Shown here: in pieces, positions 18,198-25,429 of the stretch
Layout of the letters: each line of letters begins with the position of its first letter
Numbering within the stretch: the stretch's first letter is position 1
Source: a virus
Lineage: Duplodnaviria; Caudoviricetes
IMG/VR virus record: IMGVR_UViG_2765235998_000001
Coordinates: 24,865-88,864 of that record
Direction: 5' to 3' (one strand)
Length of the DNA: 64,000 nt
Made by a program: the position numbers and the translations under genes
Notes under the pieces: generated by a model
Told to the model about the DNA's origin: nothing
Databases searched by the model: none
Seen by the model: only the letters and a program-made list of their open reading frames with translations

Positions 18198-18475
18198 GTT
18201 GGCCTCCTCCTGCGGAGGTTGCGGACGGGCATGACGTCCGCCGTCCCGTCGGCGCGCTGAATACAGACGTTGCGGGGGCCCAACTTGCCCGTGGTGACGT
18301 GGGGGAGGTCGAGTGTGCGGTGGCCAGCGACGGGCCCGTAGCGGACGACGACGTGCACGGGCTGCCAGTCGCGGGGGCCGCGGTTCTCCCAGTACAGGGC
18401 CGGCGGCTCCGGGGTGGTGGCCTGTGTGGGGATGTCCAGGGCGAGCTGCTGCGTGCCGGTCCGGCCGCTAGCCAT
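18194..18475 (-). CDS. Hypothetical protein
   Basis: Coupled; GPRNVCIQRADGT..PVRNLRR. Confidence 0.6.
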   Translation of the reverse strand: MASGRTGTQQLALDIPTQATTPEPPALYWENRGPRDWQPVHVVVRYGPVAGHRTLDLPHVTTGKLGPRNVCIQRADGTADVMPVRNLRRRRPT

Positions 18476-19011
18476 CAGGCATCCTGGCCGGTAGCGGCCG
18501 GGAAGACGTCCGGGTGCGCGGTCTTCCAGTCCAGCCAGCGCTTCGGGTAGATGCCGTGGTCGAGGTCCATTACCTGCTCCAGGGACAGCGGCCCGGGGTG
18601 CTTGGCGTACTCGTGCTCGCCGCCGCGCACCTTGGGCCCGGTGGGCACGAACAGAGGCCCGTACTGCCAGGTGACGACTCGGTAGCCCCAGTCGTCGGGC
18701 CCGTACTTCACGAACACGCGGGTGACGACGCGCCCTTCGACGTCGAGGGGGCGCTTCAGCATGCGCTGGCGTTCCCGGTCGCCGAGGAAGTAGTGGATGT
18801 ACTCGTCGATGTACGAGGCGAGCATGGCGGCTTCGGTGTCGGTGGGTCGCTCCTGGCTGCCCCAGCTGTAGGGGCCGGTGTCGACGTCGATCCATGCGGC
18901 GATGTACTTCCACTCCGGGTTGAAGCTGGAGACGACGGGGATGCGCAGTGCGGTGAGCGGGTCGTCCTGGTTGGCGTCGGTGCCGAACGGCCATGCGGTG
19001 GTCTTGGGCAC
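18475..19011 (-). CDS. Hypothetical protein
   Basis: AAGGAGG RBS. Confidence 0.65.
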   Translation of the reverse strand: MPKTTAWPFGTDANQDDPLTALRIPVVSSFNPEWKYIAAWIDVDTGPYSWGSQERPTDTEAAMLASYIDEYIHYFLGDRERQRMLKRPLDVEGRVVTRVFVKYGPDDWGYRVVTWQYGPLFVPTGPKVRGGEHEYAKHPGPLSLEQVMDLDHGIYPKRWLDWKTAHPDVFPAATGQDA

Positions 19012-19013
19012 GG

Positions 19014-19802
19014 TCAGGCCTCCTTGGCGGGCGAGATGCCGCAGTCCGGCGCGCATAGTTCGTGGTCGCCTTCTGCGTGGGCCATCAGCCGCTCGTGCGT
19101 GGTGCACGGCTCACCGCCCGGCTCGCAGCCCCCGACGCTGCACGGGGTGGCCACGTACTCGGCCTCGTTCGCCTTCCGCTGGAAGCGCTCCATGAGCCGG
19201 AAGGCCGCGTCGGCGTGCCCGTTGAGGTTCTTGGCGGTGTAGACGGCGCCGGCTTCGTCGCAGATGTCGGCGACCTCGCGCAGGATGTCGGGCCGGTCGA
19301 TGGGCGGCGGCAGCACGGCCAGCACCGCGTCCACGTCTTCCGTGGCATCGAAGTCGTTGCGCAGGTGCAGTTCGTGGAGCACCCGGGCGAGCTCTAGGCG
19401 TACCTCGGCGGGCTGTCCGGTGGGCGACGCGGCAGCAGCCGGCAGTTCGGCGAGGATTCCCGCGACGGCGCGGCACACGCGGTCGTGTTGCCCCGGGAAT
19501 GTCGGGGTGTGGGGGCCGGGGATGGCTACGGCGTCCCAGAGGGCGTCGGCCTGCTGGACGGTGAGGCCGTGCGTCTGTCCGGTGGGCGGCGCGGCGGTCG
19601 GGGTCTCCTCGTCGTCGCCGTCCTCGATCCGCTGGATCACGGCCCGCATCTCGTCCGCCCACTCGGCGGGCACGTGGATGGGCACGTTGTCGCTGCGGCA
19701 CGGTTCGGTGGCGAGGTGGCCGTGGTTGTCGCCGCGCCAGCACCACCAGCCGACCTGCGACAGCTGCTCGTCGGCGGCCTGCGGAGTCTGGTTGTGGGTC
19801 AT
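19014..19802 (-). CDS. Hypothetical mosaic protein
   Basis: 262 aa. Confidence 0.65.
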   Translation of the reverse strand: MTHNQTPQAADEQLSQVGWWCWRGDNHGHLATEPCRSDNVPIHVPAEWADEMRAVIQRIEDGDDEETPTAAPPTGQTHGLTVQQADALWDAVAIPGPHTPTFPGQHDRVCRAVAGILAELPAAAASPTGQPAEVRLELARVLHELHLRNDFDATEDVDAVLAVLPPPIDRPDILREVADICDEAGAVYTAKNLNGHADAAFRLMERFQRKANEAEYVATPCSVGGCEPGGEPCTTHERLMAHAEGDHELCAPDCGISPAKEA

Positions 19803-19993
19803 GGTCGCAGTTCCCCTCGGTGCTGGAGCTCGGTGCGGAAGAGGTGGGCGACGGCGGGCAGTTCGTCACCGGGCTGCGCCGGACGGAAGCGGGCGGCCTG
19901 AGCGGCGTGGGTGTTGGCGAGGCTGAGGGCGGTCTGGAGAACCTCGGTGGGCTCCTCGCGGAACGGCCGGCCTGTGGGCTGCGGGTTGGTCAC
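19799..19993 (-). CDS. Hypothetical protein
   Basis: GGAGG RBS; ATGA coupling. Confidence 0.55.
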   Translation of the reverse strand: MTNPQPTGRPFREEPTEVLQTALSLANTHAAQAARFRPAQPGDELPAVAHLFRTELQHRGELRP

Positions 19994-20088
19994 GGGCGTC
20001 GCCTCCAGGGGCGGTTGAGGGCGTGGTTCAGGCTCTCGCAGGTGCGGGCATGACGTTGCCCCCGCCCAGTCGGGGCGGGGGCGGGGGG

Positions 20089-20325
20089 TTAGGCGGGGAG
20101 GATTTCGGTGTGCTGGGTCCATCCCTTCATGTAGCGAGTGACGGCGTGGTCGGTGGTGACGTAGGCGCGGAGGCCAGGGTGGGGGGAGGTGAGGTTTTCG
20201 GTGAATTCGATGTAGTCGGGGTGGATGGTGGTGCCGACGGTGCCGGTCTTGATGAACTTGGTGGTGCCCTGGGGGGTGGTGCGGGTGATGCGGATGGTGG
20301 TGCCGGGGGTGAGGTTGGTGGTCAT
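20089..20325 (-). CDS. Hypothetical protein, first gene after P3
   Basis: Leader resembles the one after P2; hairpin follows the stop. Confidence 0.65.
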   Translation of the reverse strand: MTTNLTPGTTIRITRTTPQGTTKFIKTGTVGTTIHPDYIEFTENLTSPHPGLRAYVTTDHAVTRYMKGWTQHTEILPA

Positions 20326-20363
20326 GGGTGCCCCCAGGGGTTGTGGTGCGGTGTGGTGGTTCC

Positions 20364-20392
20364 ACCGTAACCCATAGTTCATGGCATAGCAA
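20364..20392 (-). promoter_or_regulatory. Conserved phage promoter P3 (TTGCTA-N17-TACGGT)
   Basis: Reverse-complement copy of P1/P2. Confidence 0.8.
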
Positions 20393-20458
20393 TGGCGTGA
20401 CGGCATTCCCGCACCCCGTAACCCCCACCTACGCCCACGCGTTGACCCAGACGTGACG

Positions 20459-20495
20459 AAGGGCCCGGCCGGAATCCACTCCCGACCGGGCCCTT
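20459..20495 (-). terminator. Hairpin upstream of P3
   Basis: aagggcccggccgg / ccgaccgggccctt. Confidence 0.6.
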
Positions 20496-20568
20496 GCCAC
20501 ACCCCGCCCCCTACCAACCGGCCCCACACCGGTGCACCCTGGACGGCAGTCGACAACCAGGGCGGTGG

Positions 20569-20694
20569 ATGCCGGTGAACTGTCCCAACTGTGGCGGCCA
20601 GGCTCAGCAGGGCCCGGATGGGTCGTGGTCGTGTCCTCAGTGCGGTCCGATCTCGGGTTCGACACCCGGTCCGCGGGTAGGGTCGCCGTCGTGA
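20569..20694 (+). CDS. Tiny Zn-ribbon protein (CPNC..CPQC)
   Basis: 41 aa; two CxxC; coupled to next gene. Confidence 0.5.
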   Translation: MPVNCPNCGGQAQQGPDGSWSCPQCGPISGSTPGPRVGSPS

Positions 20695-20936
20695 CCCGCC
20701 CCGTGAAGCCCGCCGCGTCCAGACTGCCGGATCAGAGCCCGGTGCAGACTGCTGCTGCCGCAGCCGCGTTCCTCGCCGGCCAGGAGATCACCACGACGGA
20801 CTGCCGGGAGTGCGGCACGCAGACTTCCGGGGTGAACGGCCGGTATTCCTGCGGCGTTTGCGGGTGGTCTAACCACTGGTCAGAGGGCCACACGGTGTTG
20901 CCGCCCGCGAGCGAGGATCCCGACTTCAAGCCGTGA
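20691..20936 (+). CDS. Small Zn-ribbon protein (CREC..CGVC)
   Basis: 81 aa; two CxxC. Confidence 0.6.
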   Translation: MTRPVKPAASRLPDQSPVQTAAAAAAFLAGQEITTTDCRECGTQTSGVNGRYSCGVCGWSNHWSEGHTVLPPASEDPDFKP

Positions 20937-20950
20937 GGAACTGGTGCGGA

Positions 20951-21223
20951 CTACTCGGCCCGCGCATACCGGCCCTCCGGATAGTCGCCGAACAAGTGGA
21001 TGCCCTTTTCTGTCTCCGAGCGTTCCGGTGATGTAGAAGTGGCCGGCCAGTGGCTGATGACGTGCTCGGCGTCGACCAGGACGTAGTCGTGGTAGCCGTC
21101 GAAGTCGCCAGGGGAGTCGGCGATGCCGATGTGGATGGGTGCGTCTTCGGGGAGGTGGGCGATGGCTTCCCGAAGCTTGCGCGCGGTCCAGACGGTCGGC
21201 TTGTGGTCAAGGTTGTCGGGCAT
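20951..21223 (-). CDS. Hypothetical protein (DUF6225-like)
   Basis: VWTARKLREAIAHLPEDAPIHIGIAD.PG..DYPEGRY. Confidence 0.6.
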   Translation of the reverse strand: MPDNLDHKPTVWTARKLREAIAHLPEDAPIHIGIADSPGDFDGYHDYVLVDAEHVISHWPATSTSPERSETEKGIHLFGDYPEGRYARAE

Positions 21224-21284
21224 GCTGGGAGGCTATCCACTCGTGCCGTGGTGCGGGTGCATCTGTGACGCCTGACGCGAAGCA

Positions 21285-21311
21285 ACCCCCGGTCGGATAG
21301 CGACCGGGGGT
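21285..21311. terminator. Perfect hairpin
   Basis: acccccggtcg-gatag-cgaccgggggt. Confidence 0.7.
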
Positions 21312-21328
21312 CCTCCAGCAGGGCGGCG

Positions 21329-21562
21329 CTACGGGCTTGCTGGTGGCCGCAGCCTGTAGTGGGGGCAGCGGTCCGGGTCGCCCCAGGACGTCTTGTGGGC
21401 CACGGTCGATCCGCACCAGGGGCACGGGAGAACGGGATACTGCGCGCTGCCTTCGACGCCGCAGTGGCCGACGTCCCCGAACTCGGTGCTGGAGTACACG
21501 GCGATGGCGGGCCGGCCGCAGGTGCACAACTCGCCGGTCTCCGCCAGACGCTGCTCGCTCAT
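21329..21562 (-). CDS. Small Cys-rich protein
   Basis: GGAGGGG RBS; CTC, CPWC, CPHY. Confidence 0.6.
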   Translation of the reverse strand: MSEQRLAETGELCTCGRPAIAVYSSTEFGDVGHCGVEGSAQYPVLPCPWCGSTVAHKTSWGDPDRCPHYRLRPPASP

Positions 21563-21578
21563 CAGCCCCTCCGGGACG

Positions 21579-22166
21579 TCAGTGGATGTCGGGAACGTAC
21601 AGGCCGGCGGCCGCCCCGATCTGCACGACATCCATCGTGGGCTGCAACGCGGACGGCTTCCACCCGGTGGCCTCCTGGATAAAGCCGCCACTGTTCGCCA
21701 CCGTGGCATTCCACCCACGGTCCACCACGGGTAGCCGCAGCCAGTTCAGCCGCTCCCCAGTCTCCTCGTTCACCGGGTGCGTGAAGTGCGTCAGGAAGTT
21801 CTCCGGCGGCACGTCCCCGAACAGCTTCACCAGCTGGGGGTCTGGTGGGGTGGTCAGCGTGTGAGGAGCCCACTCGTAGATGCCGGTGATCTCGGGCAAG
21901 GTGACGGTCCAGTAGATCTGAACTTCGCCCGGCCGAAAAAGGTCCGGCCACTTCCGGTGGTCGCTGTTCGCGTTCCCGTCAGCCCACAGCCGCCACAGAT
22001 CAGCGGCGCTGATCTCGTCTGGCGAGTAGTCGTCCGCGATGCCGGCACCGCTCGGCTCGGCGAGCAGAACGAGTTCGACGGTCTGGGTGTATCGGCTCTC
22101 ACGATTGGAGAACGTCCACTTGGTGCCGGGCGGGTAGGGCTGCACGGTGTTCTTGGCGCGGGGCAT
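21579..22166 (-). CDS. Hypothetical protein
   Basis: 195 aa starting MPRAKNTVQ. Confidence 0.6.
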   Translation of the reverse strand: MPRAKNTVQPYPPGTKWTFSNRESRYTQTVELVLLAEPSGAGIADDYSPDEISAADLWRLWADGNANSDHRKWPDLFRPGEVQIYWTVTLPEITGIYEWAPHTLTTPPDPQLVKLFGDVPPENFLTHFTHPVNEETGERLNWLRLPVVDRGWNATVANSGGFIQEATGWKPSALQPTMDVVQIGAAAGLYVPDIH

Positions 22167-22262
22167 GAAGGCAGTCTTCCAGCCGGCACCGACAACCGGG
22201 CCGTCTTCCGGTGGGCCCGCGCGCGGGGCACAGTAGCGGTGGGCTTCGGAGGGGGATGCCGG

Positions 22263-22427
22263 GTGAACTTCGTCTTCTCGTGCGGCTGGTGCGGCGAGGA
22301 CTGCGTGGTCTGGGGCCAGCCCATCATGTCCTGGTGGTCGCAGAAGTACTGGGTGGATGACTTCGACTGCTGGAACTGCGGGACGACCTGCACCCCACAC
22401 GACCCGCCCTGGACTGAAGCCGACTGA
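22263..22427 (+). CDS. Small Trp/Cys-rich Zn-ribbon protein
   Basis: GGAGGGG RBS; CGWC..CWNC. Confidence 0.5.
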   Translation: MNFVFSCGWCGEDCVVWGQPIMSWWSQKYWVDDFDCWNCGTTCTPHDPPWTEAD

Positions 22428-22430
22428 CGC

Positions 22431-22461
22431 CGGCGCCCCCAGACCGGATCCGGGGGCGCCG
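22431..22461. terminator. Hairpin between convergent genes
   Basis: cggcgccccc / gggggcgccg. Confidence 0.7.
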
Positions 22462-22467
22462 CGCGCG

Positions 22468-23397
22468 TCAGGGATACTGCGCCATGTCGACAAACCGTCC
22501 GTAGTGTCCCTGGTACGCCACGACGATGTTGGCGGCAGGACCGTGGCGATGCTTGGCCACGAACAGGTCGGCCTCGCCGACGCGCGGGGTGTCCCTCTCG
22601 TACGCGTCGTCACGGTGCAGCAGGATCAGCGTGTCGGAAGCGAAGGTGATGGCCCCGGATTCCCGCAGATCGTCCAGGCGTGGCCGCTTGTCCGCTCGCT
22701 GCTCGGGGCTCCGGTTCAGATGGGATGTGGCGACGACGGGAATGTTCAGCTCACGCGCCATCGTCTTCAGATCACGCACCACGTCTCCCACCTCACGCTC
22801 TCGCAGGTCGCTGCGCTTCTCGGGGCGAACGTCCTGAATGCCGTCGATGGCCACCAGGCGGACGTCCCGTTTCTCCACCATCTCGGCCGTCTCCAGTTGG
22901 ATACGCCGCATGTCGGCGCGGGGGATGTCCCTGATGGACAGAGGCGCCGCCACGACCGTGGGCAGTCGCCGGACGAGGCGTGCCCAGTCCTCCTCGGTCA
23001 TGGTCCCGGCGCGCATGTGGTGAATGGCGATGCGAGACTCTGCGGCCACCACCCGGCGGGTGAAGGACTGGCGGTTCTCCTCCAGCGTGAAGACCAGGGT
23101 GGGGATGCCGTTCTTGATGGCGTTGTGGCGGCAGATGTCCGACAGGAAGGTGGTCCGGCCCACGGCCGGCCTGGAGGCCACCACGGTCAGAGAGCCGGGC
23201 TCCAGGCCCCGCGTCAGGTAGTCGAGTTCCTCGAAACCTGTACCGAGCCCGGTCAACGTGTCGCCGCCCCCCTGCGCCACGGTCTCCAAGGTGTCCACCA
23301 GGCCTTCGCAGATGTCACCGATGAGGTCTGAGGCTTCCGCACCGGCTTCCTCGGTGGCGCCCGCCTGTTCCGTGATCGCTTCTTTTGCTTCAGCCAC
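22468..23397 (-). CDS. DnaB-like helicase, C-terminal domain only, variant Walker A (GRTT)
   Basis: TGFEELD..GLEPGSLTVVASRPAVGRTT..LKTMARELNIPVV..RPRLDDLRESGAI..VAKHRHGP. Confidence 0.88.
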   Translation of the reverse strand: MAEAKEAITEQAGATEEAGAEASDLIGDICEGLVDTLETVAQGGGDTLTGLGTGFEELDYLTRGLEPGSLTVVASRPAVGRTTFLSDICRHNAIKNGIPTLVFTLEENRQSFTRRVVAAESRIAIHHMRAGTMTEEDWARLVRRLPTVVAAPLSIRDIPRADMRRIQLETAEMVEKRDVRLVAIDGIQDVRPEKRSDLREREVGDVVRDLKTMARELNIPVVATSHLNRSPEQRADKRPRLDDLRESGAITFASDTLILLHRDDAYERDTPRVGEADLFVAKHRHGPAANIVVAYQGHYGRFVDMAQYP

Positions 23398-24730
23398 GTC
23401 GTCCCCCTGTCTTCACGATGCCCTGGCGCGCGACGGCAGACACACGCTTGGGCTCCTGGTTGATCACCACTGCTGGTACTGGCCTCTGCTGATCGCGGCA
23501 CTCTTTGCACAGCCCATCGTCCAGGGCGGGACCGACAAGCTTGATCGGGACTCCGCCGCACACGGGGCCCACGCAGGTGCCGCGCTGGATTCCGTCAGCC
23601 GGGGCCCTACGCGCCGCTGGAACAGCCGCAGCAGTGCGCGTGGGCTCCGGTGCCGCCTTCTCCCGCTCGCGGTCCGCACGCCGGTCCACAGCCCGCATCT
23701 CGCATGACGTGCACGGCATGCCGCTGTCTACGTTCGTCCGTTCATCGCAGCGGGGGTCCCGGCACTCGGCGTCGTGCTTCAGCATCGTCACCAGCACGCC
23801 GACGGGCTTCTCGAGCGGGCCGGCCTGCTCCTTGCTGCTGTAGTACCGGTCCCACTTCGGCATCAACCGGTACGTGACCAGCTGCTCCACCGTCCGCCCG
23901 TCCGGGCTGTCGGGGTTCGTGGCGGCCAGCACTGCATCCACCAGAGACTTCGGGAGGCCCTTCGGCACCAGAGCCTTCAGCGGAGCGGGCAGGGCCGCTA
24001 CGAAGGCGTCGTACTGGCGGCGTTCCTCTCGGGAGAATGGGGGCTTCGTCTTGCCGGACGCGGCGGAGCCGCCAGACCTCGAGGTCCTACTACCTGCAGA
24101 AGGCCTGCGGCCGTCAGGAACAGGTTTTTCGTCTTCTTCAGTCTTCTCTCCCACAGTCTTCTTAAAGAGTGCGGGGTCACCCGACTGTCGGGAATCCCTA
24201 CACTCGGGGCCCACCTGCTGTTCTGTGTCGTTTCCGCAGGTCGCGCCCGAGTGCGGGTTTTCCGGCACTCGGGGAACGGCGACGCTGGGCGTCCGCTGGC
24301 GGCCCTTCGGCTGCAACTTGGCCCGCCGCTTGGCCGCGTTCGCCACAGCAGTCTTGGTGGGTTCGATGACCTGCACGACACGTACGCCGGGCTCTTTGGC
24401 CGCTTCAGCCAGCAGGGCCTGAATCTCTGCGTCTGTGGCCGGCGTGTCGTACACGCAGACCTCCGTTGACCACTGGTTGTTCTCGGACGCCATCAGGCGG
24501 ATCTTCACCACGTACCGGGCCGCCTGGAGCAGCCCCATGGCGTTGGCCATGGCGTCGCGGCCGTACCCGTATTTGGCGCCGATCTCGGCCAGGGTGATGT
24601 CCCACCCGTCACGGTGACGGAGCAGGATGGTCAGCAGCGCGAGCGCCATGAAGTCCAGCTGGACTGCGTTGTCGACGGTCTCGTTGGGAACGGCGGCGTA
24701 TTTCGGCGGCCGCCCGGAGCGCTTCCTCAC
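23390..24730 (-). CDS. Phage/plasmid replication initiator (N-terminal winged HTH)
   Basis: YAAVPNETVD..LDFMALALL..LLRHRDGWDIT..GRDAM; directly upstream of dnaB-like gene; internal repeats. Confidence 0.75.
   Translation of the reverse strand: MRKRSGRPPKYAAVPNETVDNAVQLDFMALALLTILLRHRDGWDITLAEIGAKYGYGRDAMANAMGLLQAARYVVKIRLMASENNQWSTEVCVYDTPATDAEIQALLAEAAKEPGVRVVQVIEPTKTAVANAAKRRAKLQPKGRQRTPSVAVPRVPENPHSGATCGNDTEQQVGPECRDSRQSGDPALFKKTVGEKTEEDEKPVPDGRRPSAGSRTSRSGGSAASGKTKPPFSREERRQYDAFVAALPAPLKALVPKGLPKSLVDAVLAATNPDSPDGRTVEQLVTYRLMPKWDRYYSSKEQAGPLEKPVGVLVTMLKHDAECRDPRCDERTNVDSGMPCTSCEMRAVDRRADREREKAAPEPTRTAAAVPAARRAPADGIQRGTCVGPVCGGVPIKLVGPALDDGLCKECRDQQRPVPAVVINQEPKRVSAVARQGIVKTGGRRG
24120..24275 (-). 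repeat. Putative origin: CCCG-N4/5-CGG iteron-like units plus adjacent A/G-rich tract inside rep
   Basis: GAGTGCGGG at 24167 and 24249; CACTCGGGG at 24201 and 24266; T/C-rich tract at 24124-24165 on the + strand. Confidence 0.55.
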
Positions 24731-24801
24731 CGCGCACCGCCGTGGGAGTGGTCACGTGGGTGACTACTTGGCACCGTGCGAAGTGCCGCTAGCATGGGCA
24801 T
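24727..24801 (-). CDS. Putative 24-aa leader peptide coupled to rep
   Basis: ATG to TGA, overlapping the rep GTG start (GTGA). Confidence 0.35.
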   Translation of the reverse strand: MPMLAALRTVPSSHPRDHSHGGAR

Positions 24802-24837
24802 GAAGCCTCGCTCTTTGACGTGGTGGAGCTTCTGAAT

Positions 24838-24950
24838 CCAGCGGCTGCAAATCCGCTGGTGCTGCTTGGACGGCCTGGCACCTGAGTGAGCTGCGAACTC
24901 TCTCTGCTGGGCCGTCTTGCGTTTCCGGGTGCCGTGGCTGCGATCACGGC
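24838..24950 (-). promoter_or_regulatory. Structured rep leader (two hairpins with related loops)
   Basis: ccagcgg-ctgcaaat-ccgctgg; gccgtg-gctgcgat-cacggc; gacggcc/ggccgtc pairing. Confidence 0.45.
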
Positions 24951-24966
24951 GGTCGGAGCGCGACCG

Positions 24967-25224
24967 TTAGTGCTTGTTCGGGCCTCGGCCACCACGTGGC
25001 GGGCCTGCCTTGAAGTACGCCAGGAAGACACCCCGTTCCATGGTTCGGGCGTTGCCGACCATGACGTAGGGGTGCCTGTCGGGTTCATCCCCGAACGGCC
25101 AGTCTTTGGCCTTGCGGGCGATGTACCGGAGGCCGTCTGGGGTGATGCTCTCCACCAGGCCCTCATCGATCAGGAGCTGAGCCCCTGTGGTGAAGGTGAC
25201 GAAGGCGGGTTCTTTCGGGGTCAC
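24967..25224 (-). CDS. Small DNA-binding protein (HTH/excisionase-like)
   Basis: VTFTTGAQLL..SITPDGLRYIAR..DWPFG. Confidence 0.6.
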   Translation of the reverse strand: MTPKEPAFVTFTTGAQLLIDEGLVESITPDGLRYIARKAKDWPFGDEPDRHPYVMVGNARTMERGVFLAYFKAGPPRGGRGPNKH

Positions 25225-25245
25225 TGGCGATCACCAGCACCCTCG

Positions 25246-25266
25246 AACTTCGATGTTCTCGAAGTT
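25246..25266. promoter_or_regulatory. Perfect 8-bp inverted repeat (putative operator)
   Basis: AACTTCGA-tgttc-TCGAAGTT upstream of the rep operon. Confidence 0.5.
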
Positions 25267-25429
25267 GTCGCTACGCTCGGCACGTACGGATCCTTCTTCC
25301 TCAAGGTGGGGTCTCTGTACAGCCGGTACGCATTCGCAGTGCGCCGGCGTGGGAACGGTCGACGGTCTTACCCACCGATCGGCCGTTTCTGCTGTTCAGG
25401 GCGGTGAACGCATCCCCGTCACTCTCCTC

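Noticed and set aside
1140-20395. Repeated ~28-bp motif as a CRISPR repeat or att site
   Set aside because: Copies are kilobases apart, fit a -35/-10 promoter, and no cas or integrase gene is visible.
24838-24859. gcggctgcaaatccgc resembles a tRNA-Cys anticodon arm
   Set aside because: No D-arm, TpsiC (GTTCRA) arm or acceptor stem around it; treated as a leader hairpin.
25225-25429. AimP-like peptide gene downstream of the XRE-TPR regulator
   Set aside because: Only 8- and 20-codon ORFs without hydrophobic signal sequences were found.
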